From Geopsychrobacteraceae bacterium (GTDB lineage Bacteria; Desulfobacterota; Desulfuromonadia; Desulfuromonadales; Geopsychrobacteraceae), in assembly GCA_963668145.2 (NCBI GenBank), contig CAXXJU010000031.1, positions 55,989 to 119,988 on the forward strand: a stretch of DNA of 64,000 bases, given 5' to 3'. The notes under the pieces are model-generated. The model did no database searches. It worked only from the letters and a program-made list of their open reading frames with translations, and was not told where the DNA came from. Positions 1-9,924 of this stretch are shown here, in pieces. Position 1 is the stretch's first letter; the number at the start of each line of letters is the position of its first letter. A program made the translations under genes and the position numbers.

Positions 1-122
1 CTTCCCTGGCTGCAGCGGCAAAGCGGGCTGCTGCGTGGACGAAGCAATGTCCAGGGGAATCTGTCGTTGTGGTTTTGCCGGCAAGCTGGCAAAATGTGGC
101 GGGTTCCGTTCATATTAACCTA

Positions 123-175
123 GTTGTCATCTGGAAACTCTGGATGACAACTAATTAAGTTTTCAGATTGGAAAC
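123..175. repeat. Short member of the GTTKCCATCCGGAAAC inverted-repeat (MITE-like) family
   Basis: GTTGTCATCTGGAAACTCTGGATGACAAC hairpin plus ATTAAGTTTTCAGATTG, matching the reverse complement of 17820-17871. TAACCTAG is directly repeated at 116-123 and 176-183. Confidence 0.7.
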
Positions 176-348
176 TAACCTAGCCGTGCGGTTGATCGCA
201 CTCGTTCTGTTCCCTTGTTTGCTGACTTTGTTGCTGCTGTTGGGTCTGCTGTCAGGCCCGACCGTGCCTTGCCGGTAATCCAAAGTGAACAGAATGAGTT
301 GCTGCAACGGACCGCAGCAGAGGCTAGCCAACTCAAGAGGATGTTGCC

Positions 349-1287
349 ATGCCGTATGGGAAGGAAGACGGGGTGCTCTATTTTGGTATCCCCTCGGGAA
401 GTCTGAACGATCAGGTGCTGCGCCTGTTGGAAAAATCGGGTCGGCCGCTGAAAAAAGGGCGTCAGTATGAAATGATGGGGCCTTACGATAAGGACGTGGT
501 CTTTCGGGTCCTAGATCGTAAGGAGATGCCGCAGAAAGTGCGGGACGGTATCGTCGACTGCGGGATTACCGGTAAGGATTACGTTTTTGAAGCCGGGATG
601 GAGCAGGACGTCGAAGTCCTGGGTGATTTTATCTTCTCCAAGTACACCAACCAGCCGTCGCGGTTGGTGCTGGCCACTCGGCCGGAATCGGGCATTGTCA
701 ATCCGCCCGACTGTGCGGGGAAAATTATTGCCACTGAACTGCCCAACCTGACCCGGCGGCGGATGGCCGAGTTGTACGGGGTCGAGGATCTGCGCATTCT
801 GAAAAGCGAAGGAAAAACCGAGGCCAAGGTGATGATGGGCGAATCCGATGCCTTCACCGATATTACCGAGACCGGCGCGACTCTCAAGGCCAACGGCAAT
901 ATCATTGTCGGTGAGCTGTTTACGTCCAATCCCCAGTTGATTGCCAACCGGGAGGCCATCAAAAATTCGGCCAAGCTTGAGAAGATGGAGGACATCCGTA
1001 TCTGTATCGACGCCGTGCTGCAGGCTGAGCGCGAGCCGGTGTTCATGGTGTTTATGGATGTTCCGACGCGGGTGCTGGGGGAGGTGGAACAATTGCTGCC
1101 GTCTGTTGTTTCGCCGACGGTCAGCCCAGTGGTCGATGCGGCCTGGGTCAGCGTGACCGTGGTTATCCGTGAATCGGAATTGAATATTCTTGCCCCCAAG
1201 CTGTTGCGGCTCGGCGTGGACGGCATTGTGCCGATTCCGGCACCGAAGGTTTTTACCCAGGATATGATCCGGGCGCGGCATTTCTGA
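349..1287 (+). CDS. hisG: ATP phosphoribosyltransferase, long form
   Basis: GIPSGSL, DCGITGKD, GKTEAKV and DITETGATLKANG motifs plus the C-terminal regulatory domain (SPTVSPV). Confidence 0.93.
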   Translation: MPYGKEDGVLYFGIPSGSLNDQVLRLLEKSGRPLKKGRQYEMMGPYDKDVVFRVLDRKEMPQKVRDGIVDCGITGKDYVFEAGMEQDVEVLGDFIFSKYTNQPSRLVLATRPESGIVNPPDCAGKIIATELPNLTRRRMAELYGVEDLRILKSEGKTEAKVMMGESDAFTDITETGATLKANGNIIVGELFTSNPQLIANREAIKNSAKLEKMEDIRICIDAVLQAEREPVFMVFMDVPTRVLGEVEQLLPSVVSPTVSPVVDAAWVSVTVVIRESELNILAPKLLRLGVDGIVPIPAPKVFTQDMIRARHF

Positions 1288-1351
1288 TTGTGGCGGCGCT
1301 TTGGCGGCCTCCATGTTTTTTGCTTTGTGACATTCAACAAGGAGATTGAGA

Positions 1352-1747
1352 ATGGATAAAAAGATGCTGGAAGAGGGGAGTGTGTTACAGATCGATTTTG
1401 TCAAGCGTGGCGGGCTGGTGCCGACCGTGGTTCAGGATGCGGCGGATGGTCGCATTCTGATGCTGGCCTATGTCAATGAGCTGGCCTTGACCACGACCCT
1501 GGAAAAAGGAATGGCCACGTTTTGGTCGACCTCGCGCAATGAACTCTGGACCAAGGGCGAAACCTCCGGGGATTTCCTCAAGATTGTCGAGATCCTCACC
1601 GATTGTGATCAGGATGCCCTGGTTTACCGGGTCGCCCCGCAAGGCGGTGGCGCTTGCCACACCAAAGATCCGGTCAGCGGGAAAACGCGGCCGAGTTGTT
1701 TTTACCGCAGCCTCGATCTGACCACAAAAGAGTTGAAATCGGTGTAA
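1352..1747 (+). CDS. hisI: Phosphoribosyl-AMP cyclohydrolase
   Basis: GLVPTVVQD, LWTKGETSG, DCDQDAL, GACHT and SCFYR motifs. AGGAG RBS upstream. Confidence 0.95.
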   Translation: MDKKMLEEGSVLQIDFVKRGGLVPTVVQDAADGRILMLAYVNELALTTTLEKGMATFWSTSRNELWTKGETSGDFLKIVEILTDCDQDALVYRVAPQGGGACHTKDPVSGKTRPSCFYRSLDLTTKELKSV

Positions 1748-1888
1748 GCGCCAGTTTCTGCACCCTCATTGATTTTGTTATACCCCAGAAAAACAGCAGA
1801 GCCCTCCCCGACGATTGTCGGCAGGAGGGCTCTGCTGTTTTTGTTACTGCGGTCCAGGCAGACAACACCCGGCCGGTTCAGAAATCGA

Positions 1889-3487
1889 TTAACCCAAGGA
1901 CAACAGAATATAACCGACGGCGCCGGCGATTACCCCGTAGATGACCATGGGGATGGCCGTCCGCTTGAGAATATAACCTTCCGAGTTCTTTAAGCCCAAC
2001 ACTGAGCAGACCGCGACGATATTGTGAATACAGGTCATATTGCCCATGCCGCCGCCGACCGACTGCATGGCCAGAACGGTAATCTTATTGAGCCCAAGCT
2101 GGTTGGCAATGGAGGCCTGGATGCCGCCGAAGGTCAGGTTGGAAACCGTATTGGAGCCGGAGAAAAATGCACCCAGCGCCCCAAGGTAAGCGGCCAGGAA
2201 CGACCATGCCCCACCGAACACGTCTGCGAAAGCGGTCCCGATAATGATGGTGTTGGCTTTAACTTCAGGGGTCCCGAGCATCAGCAGCTTGACGAAAACC
2301 AGCGCTCCGAGCAAGGCCAGGGTGGGGTTTCTCATCTGGCTGATGGACTCGGAAGACACCCGCTGAATCACCTCACCTTTAGCCTGAAAGACACAGAAGG
2401 CGACCAGGGAAATGAAGATGAACGGGATCAGGAAAGGAATGTACAGGCTGGCGAACGAAAAGTTGACCCCGGTTCCGAAGATACCGCTGACATTGATCAC
2501 CAGGGCCCGGCTGACATCCAGATCCCCGAAGGAACCGAGGCCGGCGTGGAACATCGGTGCGTTGCTTTTCAGCAGAGCATTGATACCGATGGGTTTGATC
2601 CGGGTGATAAGAAGCATGGCGACCGTTCCCCAGAGCGGGAAGGAGGCCTTGAAGATTTTGCCGAAGGGGATAGCACTGTGCGGTGCGCCGACTCCGTCTT
2701 CCTTGCACAGACCGTAACCTTTGACGGCGAAGAAGATCGAGGCAACGGTACCGATTGCTCCGGCAACAACCGACGGAAACTCATAGTTGACCTGAGCTGA
2801 GACATAGTAGGGAATGATCGTTGCGAAAATGCTCAGATAGACAAAGCCGAGGTTGCGTTTTACCATTCTCCAGTTCAGAGCGAAGGTCAGGGCGATTACC
2901 GGAATAATCAATGCTGCGACCCCGTGAATCAAGGCGGCCTGTTGACCAACGGCCAGCAATTCCGGATCGGTCAGGTTGGCGCCTTTGCCGAGGCCGAACC
3001 AGCCGGGGGTACCGACCGCTCCAAAGTGGACCGGAACCGAGTTCATGATCAGGCAGAGAATCGCAACCCGGACCGGTTTGAAGCCGAGGCCGACCAGGAT
3101 CGGTGCAGCAATGGCAGCGGGGGTGCCGAATCCGGAAGCGCCTTCAATGAGGAAGGCAAAAGCCCAGCCGATGATCATGGCCTGGGCAACCTGGTTGGTG
3201 GTGATACCGTTAAGCCAGGTCCGGATGGTGTCCATCGCGCCGGTATATTCCATGGTTTTGAAGAGGAAGATGGCGCCGAACACGATGGAAATCGGCACCC
3301 AGGCCGTCAACAGACCATTGACCACTGTTGCGTTGACGAGGTTGGCATCAATGTCAAAATAAACCAGTTTGACAACGTACAGGATCAAGGCGACCAGGGG
3401 GAGAGCCTGAAACGAAGGCATACTGCTTTTTTTTGTCATCAGCCAGATTAGCAAAATAATCGGGAACAGGGAAATCGCGGTTGCCAT
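1889..3487 (-). CDS. lctP: L-lactate permease
   Basis: 532-aa hydrophobic protein with EGASGFGTPAAIAAP and GAFFSGSNTVSNLTFG motifs. Confidence 0.93.
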   Translation of the reverse strand: MATAISLFPIILLIWLMTKKSSMPSFQALPLVALILYVVKLVYFDIDANLVNATVVNGLLTAWVPISIVFGAIFLFKTMEYTGAMDTIRTWLNGITTNQVAQAMIIGWAFAFLIEGASGFGTPAAIAAPILVGLGFKPVRVAILCLIMNSVPVHFGAVGTPGWFGLGKGANLTDPELLAVGQQAALIHGVAALIIPVIALTFALNWRMVKRNLGFVYLSIFATIIPYYVSAQVNYEFPSVVAGAIGTVASIFFAVKGYGLCKEDGVGAPHSAIPFGKIFKASFPLWGTVAMLLITRIKPIGINALLKSNAPMFHAGLGSFGDLDVSRALVINVSGIFGTGVNFSFASLYIPFLIPFIFISLVAFCVFQAKGEVIQRVSSESISQMRNPTLALLGALVFVKLLMLGTPEVKANTIIIGTAFADVFGGAWSFLAAYLGALGAFFSGSNTVSNLTFGGIQASIANQLGLNKITVLAMQSVGGGMGNMTCIHNIVAVCSVLGLKNSEGYILKRTAIPMVIYGVIAGAVGYILLSLG

Positions 3488-4155
3488 TAAGTAGCTCCTT
3501 CAAGGTGAAAAAAGGTTTCCTCCGACCGTATTCGACCAACGAAAACGGTTATAGAAACTGAAAACAAGAACGGTTACTTAAAAGAATTCAAAGCTCGCGA
3601 GAAGCCCTGAATTACATTAATTCCTTATTCTTCTTCCGAAGCATATCGGAAAGAGTTCCTCTGTTGCCGCCTGAATCTACACTGGTTTGTTTGGCCACAA
3701 CAGCCATCCGCTTCATGTTGTGCTCTCCGGGAAAGCACGCTTTACAATTTATCTATCAGCTGACCGCTCTGAATGAATTTGTTTGGCGAAATTTGTGACC
3801 TCTTACGTTGCTGGTGTCCTGTGGGGTTAGTTCTGTAGTCTAATTCTGGCCCTTTTTACTGCTGTCTACGTTCTGCCTTCTCGGCTTGGCTTTGGCCAGG
3901 CCTGCGGCGGCACGCCTTGGCAGCAGAAAAAATGACTCAGAATTTATACAAACAACTCACCGCTCAGGACACTAGACAGATATTTTCACTCAACCCTGAA
4001 GTTACCGCAGGTGGCTTGGTGTCGTGAAAATGAGGAAGAGGGGAAAATCTTTCAAACAGCACTTTGCCGATGCCTGATTTCAACCCCATTCGCGAGGCTT
4101 CCCAAATATTGTTCACTCCAGACCTGGAGACCAAAAGCCCTTTTAAATCGTTAGA

Positions 4156-4388
4156 AATTGGTCTGACCTGCCATACTTGAAAAACAAAATACCTTATCGC
4201 ACTGGTAAAATAAAATACCATTACTGAGCTGGGGATTTTTTACACGAAAGCGAATTTTTTTGCTAGTAGAAAATGGATTGACCATTTTTTTTATTATAAC
4301 TATTTGATATAATTAAATAATCATAAAAGCTTGACAATTTCCTGGATAAAATCATATTTTATAGACCAGCATAGTGGTAAGACCAATT
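4156..4388. promoter_or_regulatory. FadR/GntR-family (LldR/LutR/PdhR-like) operator sites and a candidate sigma70 promoter between lctP and the dehydrogenase operon
   Basis: AATTGGTCTGACC (4156-4168), AATGGATTGACCATT (~4272-4286) and TAGTGGTAAGACCAATT (4372-4388) resemble AATTGGTnnnACCAATT. TTGACA at 4331 has TATTTT 18 bp downstream. Confidence 0.6.
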
Positions 4389-4527
4389 TATTTATCGCTC
4401 TGGTTTTCCGGGCGTTTTTTTGCAGGTTTTTCCTTGTTGTCGCGAATAGCGTTTGCGCTGAAGAAGGCCGTACACGCGAGGACCTAACAATGTTCGATTC
4501 ACTATTTCGAGTCGACGGGGTTAGAGA

Positions 4528-4716
4528 ATGAAGCGAGAGCAAAAGTTAGCTGTTGCTATGGCAGCAGTGACGGTATTGATTCAGAATCAAGAAAAACAGG
4601 CTGTCTTGCATCAAGGCCGACATACTCAGCTATGGAGACGCTCTGGTCGCCTGCTGGCGATGGAGCAATGCCAGCTGATGCAACGGCTGCCATGGGGAAT
4701 AGGCAACGGCAGATAA
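4528..4716 (+). CDS. Small protein resembling the short subunits found beside acyl-CoA carboxyltransferases (AxAxAAV...LWxxSGR pattern)
   Basis: KLAVAMAAV...LWRRSGRLLAM...LMQR. Its start overlaps (ATGA) the stop of a 13-codon ORF at 4490-4531 that has a GAGGA RBS. Confidence 0.45.
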   Translation: MKREQKLAVAMAAVTVLIQNQEKQAVLHQGRHTQLWRRSGRLLAMEQCQLMQRLPWGIGNGR

Positions 4717-4853
4717 TCCCTCCCATATTCGTTTGGCCGGGTTTGTCGTGGTAATGTGCGGCGCGACCGATTTTAGGGGGATCGCTGTAGTTTTTTGTTG
4801 GTAGCGGGTGTCATCCGAGCCCGGTTTTACCGGGACAATCGGAACACCATTGG

Positions 4854-4901
4854 CAGGTTGTTGAAAAATAGCCTGTCGAGCCCATGGCTGGGCAATCAAA
4901 A
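4854..4901 (+). repeat. Isolated left end of a CAGGYTGTYGAAAAA-type MITE
   Basis: CAGGTTGTTGAAAAATAGCCTGTCGAGCCCATG aligns with CAGGCTGTCGAAAAACAGTCTGTCGAGCCTATG at 53120. No right end found. Confidence 0.55.
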
Positions 4902-5063
4902 GCCATGAGTTAGAGAGGATTTCCAGCACAATCATGCTGTGGTCAGAGCGGGCACAGCATTAAACATAAGGCCGTCAAACAGGTTTCATCTTCGGTTTCT
5001 ACTCGCCATTCACGCAAAATTATTTGCAAAATACGATAGGTTATCGACAGAAAGGGGTTTGGG

Positions 5064-6440
5064 ATGATTGCGAAAGATGTGTTGGCAAAGTTCAAAGGAA
5101 TTGTCGGCGAGGAGGATTATTGGGATCAGCCGACCGACCTGGTGCTGTACAGTTTTGATTCTTCGGTCGAAAATCCGGCCCTACCTGATGTTGTCGTGCG
5201 TCCGGAAAGCACGGACGAAGTTGCCGCTATCTGCCGGCTCTGTAGCGATCATGATATTCCCCTGATTACCCGCGGTTCCGGGACTAACCTGGCCGGTTCA
5301 ACCATCCCCGTCGCCGGCGGCTGTGTGCTGCTGATGACTAAAATGAATAAGATTCTTGAAATTAATACAGATGACATGTATGCGGTGGTGCAGCCGGGGG
5401 TGATTACCCTGGATTTTGCAACCGCAGTGCAGGAAGCCGGGTTGTTTTATCCGCCCGATCCGGGCTCGCAGAAAATGTCCACCATCGGCGGCAATGTGGC
5501 TGAAAATGCCGGTGGTCTGCGCGGGCTTAAATACGGCGTCACCAAAGATTATGTGATGGGCGTGACCTTTTGCGACATGGCCGGGAACATCGTCAAGGCC
5601 GGGGGGAAGACGGTCAAACTCTGTACCGGGTTCAACCTGACCGGGCTGATGTCACAATCCGAAGGCCAGCTGGGGGTGATGACCGAGTGTATCCTCAAGC
5701 TGGTGCCGCCCACTAAGGCCCACAAAGCGATGCTGGTCTCCTTTAAGGACATCATTGATGCCGGCAATACGGTGTCCGGGATCATTCGTGGCCATGTGCT
5801 TCCCGCGACCATGGAGCTGATGGACAATTTCACCATTCGCACCGTCCATGAAGCCACCGGCGTACCGTTGCCGACGGATGCTGCGGCGTTGCTGCTGATC
5901 GAAGTCGACGGCCATCCCGCCGTGGTCGAGGAAGAGTATGCCATCGTGCAGAAAGTCTGCGCGGCGAATAACGGCGAGATCAAACTTGCTGCTACCGCTG
6001 AGGAGCGGGAAGCACTTTGGGAAGGGCGGCGTAAAGCCTTATCGTCATTGGCCCGCCTGCGTCCAACCCTGGTGCTGGAAGACACCACGGTGCCGCGGAC
6101 CAAAATCCCCGATTTTCTCATGGCTCTGGATGAGATCAAGAACAAGTACAAGCTCGATATCGGTACCTTCGGTCACGCCGGGGACGGCAACCTGCATCCG
6201 ACCATTCTGTGTGACAAGCGCGATGCCGAAGAGATGCAACGGGTTCATGCCGCGGTCGCTGATATGTTTGCCGCGGCGCTCCGCCTGGACGGCACCTGTT
6301 CGGGCGAGCACGGCATCGGTCTGGCCAAGCAGCGTTTCATGGTTGATGAAGTCGGTGAAGGGACCATCAATTACATGAAATCCATCAAGCGTGGGGTCGA
6401 CCCGAAGAATTTGTTGAATCCGCACAAGCAGTCCATTTAA
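5064..6440 (+). CDS. glcD: FAD-linked oxidoreductase, GlcD / D-lactate dehydrogenase family
   Basis: RGSGTNLAG, PPDPGS, STIGGNVAENAGGLRGLKYGVT, GHAGDGNLHP and GEHGIG motifs. Confidence 0.9.
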   Translation: MIAKDVLAKFKGIVGEEDYWDQPTDLVLYSFDSSVENPALPDVVVRPESTDEVAAICRLCSDHDIPLITRGSGTNLAGSTIPVAGGCVLLMTKMNKILEINTDDMYAVVQPGVITLDFATAVQEAGLFYPPDPGSQKMSTIGGNVAENAGGLRGLKYGVTKDYVMGVTFCDMAGNIVKAGGKTVKLCTGFNLTGLMSQSEGQLGVMTECILKLVPPTKAHKAMLVSFKDIIDAGNTVSGIIRGHVLPATMELMDNFTIRTVHEATGVPLPTDAAALLLIEVDGHPAVVEEEYAIVQKVCAANNGEIKLAATAEEREALWEGRRKALSSLARLRPTLVLEDTTVPRTKIPDFLMALDEIKNKYKLDIGTFGHAGDGNLHPTILCDKRDAEEMQRVHAAVADMFAAALRLDGTCSGEHGIGLAKQRFMVDEVGEGTINYMKSIKRGVDPKNLLNPHKQSI

Positions 6441-6452
6441 GGGGATCGAGCC

Positions 6453-7748
6453 ATGAATCGTGATGCGGTAGCAAAATGTGTCGAAGAGCTGAAGGAGCTG
6501 GAGGAGCTGCTGATCCAGTGCAGTCGCTGTGGGACTTGCCAGTCAGTCTGTCCGCTGTACAAGAAGGACTGGCAGGAATCTGCGGTTGCCCGCGGCAAGA
6601 TGTATCTCATTGAAGCTCTCTACGAAGGGAAGCTAGATAAAGCCGAGGAAATCTTCAAATATATCGATTATTGTCTGCTTTGCGGACGCTGTAAAAAGAA
6701 CTGCCCCTCCGGAGTGGCCACCGATCAGATCTTCCTGAAGGCCAAGGGGATTCTGCGGCAGGTGAAGAAGATGCCGGCCTGGCAGAAATTAGCCCTGAAG
6801 ATCGCCATGGGTAAGCCTCAGTTCCTGGCGGCCATGAGTCCGCTGTTTCATATCGGTCTGCGTTTGGGAACCCGCAAAGTTGATAACGGAGTTTTCAAGC
6901 CCTACGGCCTCTACAGCCCGTTTATCGGCGATATGACCAAGCGGCATGTGGTGGACATGCCGAGCAAGGCCCTGACCAGCCTCTACGGTGGCTTCAATCA
7001 GGCGGAAAATGAAAAACACCGGGTCATCTTCTACCCCGGCTGTGCAACCACGCTGATTTACGTGCACTGGGGCGTGGCCATCGTTGAAACCCTGCTCCAT
7101 TACGGGGTGTCGGTTTATGTTCCAGAGACCAACAAATGCTGCGGGATTCCTTCGGCAACCATGGGCGAAATGGGCATCTATCGCGATCAGGTCAACAGCA
7201 ATTTCGATTACTTCGATTCGATCAGCGATGCCGACACCGTGTTGATGTGTTGCCCGACCTGTGAATACGGACTGGGCACTATGGGTGAGCAGGAAACCGG
7301 CCGTTCCGGCGGTAAAAAAGTCATGGATGTGGTGCTCTATCTGGCCGAGGTGTTGAAAGTCAAATTGCCGGAAAAAATACCCTTGGTCGGCGGTTCTTCC
7401 CTGCATGTCCCCTGTCATTACAAAACGGGGAAAGAGGGGGTCCTGCGTGACTTCATCCGGTCTAACTTCGACACCGATTTCCAGGAGCTCAAAAACCAGA
7501 GCTGCTGCGGGTTTGGCGGGACTTTCTCGATGAAGAATTATGCCCATACCAAGCAGATCGGCAAGTTGAAGGCCGAGGAAATCAAGCAGCGCGGTTTCGC
7601 CAACCTGTTCACCGCCTGCCCCGGCTGCGCGATGAACCTGACCGACGCCAACCTGACCGAAGGCAATCGGCTGCAGACCACGCACCCGGTGGTGGAGATT
7701 TACGAGCGCTCGATTAAGCCGGCGCAAAAGGCCAGGAAAAAAGCTTAG
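6453..7748 (+). CDS. glcF: Fe-S protein, GlcF family (partner of the FAD subunit)
   Basis: Two CxxCxxCxxxC clusters (CSRCGTCQSVC, CLLCGRCKKNC) and two CCG domains. Confidence 0.88.
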   Translation: MNRDAVAKCVEELKELEELLIQCSRCGTCQSVCPLYKKDWQESAVARGKMYLIEALYEGKLDKAEEIFKYIDYCLLCGRCKKNCPSGVATDQIFLKAKGILRQVKKMPAWQKLALKIAMGKPQFLAAMSPLFHIGLRLGTRKVDNGVFKPYGLYSPFIGDMTKRHVVDMPSKALTSLYGGFNQAENEKHRVIFYPGCATTLIYVHWGVAIVETLLHYGVSVYVPETNKCCGIPSATMGEMGIYRDQVNSNFDYFDSISDADTVLMCCPTCEYGLGTMGEQETGRSGGKKVMDVVLYLAEVLKVKLPEKIPLVGGSSLHVPCHYKTGKEGVLRDFIRSNFDTDFQELKNQSCCGFGGTFSMKNYAHTKQIGKLKAEEIKQRGFANLFTACPGCAMNLTDANLTEGNRLQTTHPVVEIYERSIKPAQKARKKA

Positions 7749-7784
7749 CTCGTTTCCATCCGGAAACTCCGGATGGAAACGAGC
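7748..7784. repeat. Hairpin made of two fused GTTTCCATCCGGAAAC-family termini (minimal MITE derivative, possible terminator)
   Basis: GCTCGTTTCCATCCGGAAACTCCGGATGGAAACGAGC immediately after the glcF stop. Confidence 0.7.
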
Positions 7785-7829
7785 CATCGGCAACCAGCCT
7801 GTTGGCCTTCATCTGGCAATAACCATCAT

Positions 7830-7875
7830 CCGGGTTCGGCGGGGAGGAAGCTTCCCGCCGAACCCGGTACTTTTT
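7830..7875 (+). terminator. Probable rho-independent terminator
   Basis: CCGGGTTCGGCGG ... CCGCCGAACCCGG stem followed by TACTTTTT. Confidence 0.65.
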
Positions 7876-8024
7876 CCCTCTTCTTTACTCTCCTCATGTC
7901 GTGCTCCTGCGCAAGACCACGGCCCTGTAATTCTCCCCTGGCTTTGGGGAACAGAAAAAAACGTTCCACTCTGCTAAAATAAACCATCATGAACGTTCAC
8001 CAGCGACATTGACGGGGAGGATCT

Positions 8025-8444
8025 ATGGCGGAGACCATGACAGGAGCATGTCTGTGCGGGGCAGTGCAATATCAATTGAATCAGCCGGTCAAGGCGGTGG
8101 CCAACTGTCATTGCAATACCTGCAAGAAAATATCCGGGGCGGCATTTCAGACCGTGGTCATTGTTGACCGCGATGCCTTTGAGATCACGGCCGGGAAAGA
8201 GACCCTCAGCAGCTACCAGATGACCGAGAATGCTCGCAAACATTTCTGTCGCAACTGTGGCTCGGCCGTCTATGTCCTGCATAAGAAATTCCCGGCCAGT
8301 TGCCTGCTACAGCTCGGCTCCTTGAGCGACCCGACAGCCGTGCAACCAACCATCAACGTTTTCTGCGAAACGATGCTGCCCTGGGTCAAAGATATTACGG
8401 CACTTCCCTCCTTCGACCAGCGGCCGGAAAAGGGGAACGCCTAA
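8025..8444 (+). CDS. GFA / CENP-V family Zn-binding protein
   Basis: GACLCGAVQY, CHCNTCKK and FCRNCGS motifs. Confidence 0.9.
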   Translation: MAETMTGACLCGAVQYQLNQPVKAVANCHCNTCKKISGAAFQTVVIVDRDAFEITAGKETLSSYQMTENARKHFCRNCGSAVYVLHKKFPASCLLQLGSLSDPTAVQPTINVFCETMLPWVKDITALPSFDQRPEKGNA

Positions 8445-8584
8445 CAGGCTGTTGAAAAACTATCTGCGTTGCAATGACTGCGTTAAAAATAGCCTCAAAA
8501 TGCTCATTTACTGAATGTAAACTGTGCTTCTTCGGCAATTTTTGCCTTGTACTTGCTGCCTCGAAAACGTTTTTCAACACCCTG
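8445..8584. mobile_element. 140-bp MITE with 16-bp terminal inverted repeats and a CTAA target duplication
   Basis: CAGGCTGTTGAAAAAC (8445-8460) and GTTTTTCAACACCCTG (8569-8584) match 15/16. CTAA flanks both sides (8441-8444, 8585-8588). Confidence 0.85.
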
Positions 8585-8607
8585 CTAAGTGGACGCAGGC
8601 CTGCCGT

Positions 8608-8994
8608 TCAGCAGCCGCAGCCACAGTTGTGGCAAACCTTGCGGTGGGCGTCTTCGGGTTGAATGGTTTCCGGGGCAAAGGCCAACCTGCTGACGCCTTT
8701 GCGAATGTCGGCGAGCAGCTCACAGTCTGTGCTGGCGCCGATGATGTGCCCCAGGCATGGGGTGCCGCTGCCCGGTTCGGATGAGCGCAGGCGCACGGCA
8801 TTCAACAGGTCACCGTAGCCACGCACATCGACGCCGGTTTCCGCTTCTCCGGCAAAGTTGACACCGACCCCGGCCGGCCTGAATTCCGCGTCCAGTTCGC
8901 TGGCCAGAGCCGCCAGCTCCTCGCTGCGGATGGCGTAGCGCCAGGTGCTGGTAAAGTTTCTGCGATACAGAATAATGGTAATTTCTTTGGTCAT
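8608..8994 (-). CDS. Hypothetical protein with a C-terminal CHNCGCGC metal-binding tail
   Basis: 128-aa ATG ORF with a GGAG-type RBS upstream and a Cys-rich C-terminus. Confidence 0.7.
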   Translation of the reverse strand: MTKEITIILYRRNFTSTWRYAIRSEELAALASELDAEFRPAGVGVNFAGEAETGVDVRGYGDLLNAVRLRSSEPGSGTPCLGHIIGASTDCELLADIRKGVSRLAFAPETIQPEDAHRKVCHNCGCGC

Positions 8995-9061
8995 CGGTCA
9001 TCTCGGAGGCAGGAGCTTCAGCTCCGCTCGGTCCGGCACGGCCCCCCGGCCGGAGTCAGGA

Positions 9062-9646
9062 TCATTTGCGTTTGCCCAGGGCCAGACGCGGGAACAGGGT
9101 ACGTTTCGTCAGCGCTGGCAGGTAGGTTTCATTGACAAAGCGCATATCTTCAATGGTGTAGAATGCGTTCGGGTTATATTTTTTGATAATCGCGAGAATC
9201 TTAGCCAGATTTTTCCGCTTGGCGATGGTGAAAATCAGCTTGACCGGGCCTGATTCCCCCAGTGCGTCGACGCTGGTGACCCCGTATCCGGCCTGCCAGA
9301 GAACATTGACCAGTTCATCCGCCTCTTTGCGGGTGATCACCCGGATCAGCATATTGCCGATGGCGATTCTCTCTTCCAGCGCGACTCCGACGTAGTTTCC
9401 GGCGGCAAAGCCCAGCGCAAAGGCGACATAGGTTTGCCAGGAGTTGAGGTTCTGCATAACCTGGGTTACGGCCAGCAACCAGATCAACGACTCGAAAAAG
9501 CCCAGGATTGCAGCAAAGTTTTTCAGCCCCTTGGAAACGAATATAATCCTCAGGGTGCCGATGGAGACATCGATGATCCGCGCCAGAAAGACCAACAGCG
9601 GAAGTATCAGCAGAGGAAAGTACGGGTTATTGGTTAAAAAAGTCAT
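9062..9646 (-). CDS. DUF2179/UPF0316 family membrane protein
   Basis: FLARIIDVSIGTLRII, GFFESLIWL, GFAAGNYVG and YNPNAFYTIEDMR. Start reassigned to MTFLTNN. Confidence 0.88.
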   Translation of the reverse strand: MTFLTNNPYFPLLILPLLVFLARIIDVSIGTLRIIFVSKGLKNFAAILGFFESLIWLLAVTQVMQNLNSWQTYVAFALGFAAGNYVGVALEERIAIGNMLIRVITRKEADELVNVLWQAGYGVTSVDALGESGPVKLIFTIAKRKNLAKILAIIKKYNPNAFYTIEDMRFVNETYLPALTKRTLFPRLALGKRK

Positions 9647-9924
9647 GATTTTCTGCCTCTTGTCAAAAACAGCGCTGGCTGGCGATGGTCCTGCTATGTG
9701 AAATGTTAACAAAAGGATACAGGTATAAACGGTTTTTTTATGAATGCAACTGTTTTCTCTGCCGCGCTCCCTTCTTCCCGGTGGCTTGGGGCAAGCGCCG
9801 CAATAGCCCGTGCGGGGCGTATCCGTTTGCGAGTTAATGAAGTATTTTTCAGCGGCTTTTTGTTTCCGTGCCGGCTCAACTCTGCTATCTTTTCCCCTCA
9901 CAACGATTGATTGGAAAGAGATCT

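Noticed and set aside
3490-4150. Long lctP leader and the 85-aa minus ORF (3964-4221) as a riboswitch or regulator
   Set aside because: No recognisable riboswitch motif. The ORF has no family features and overlaps the operator sites.
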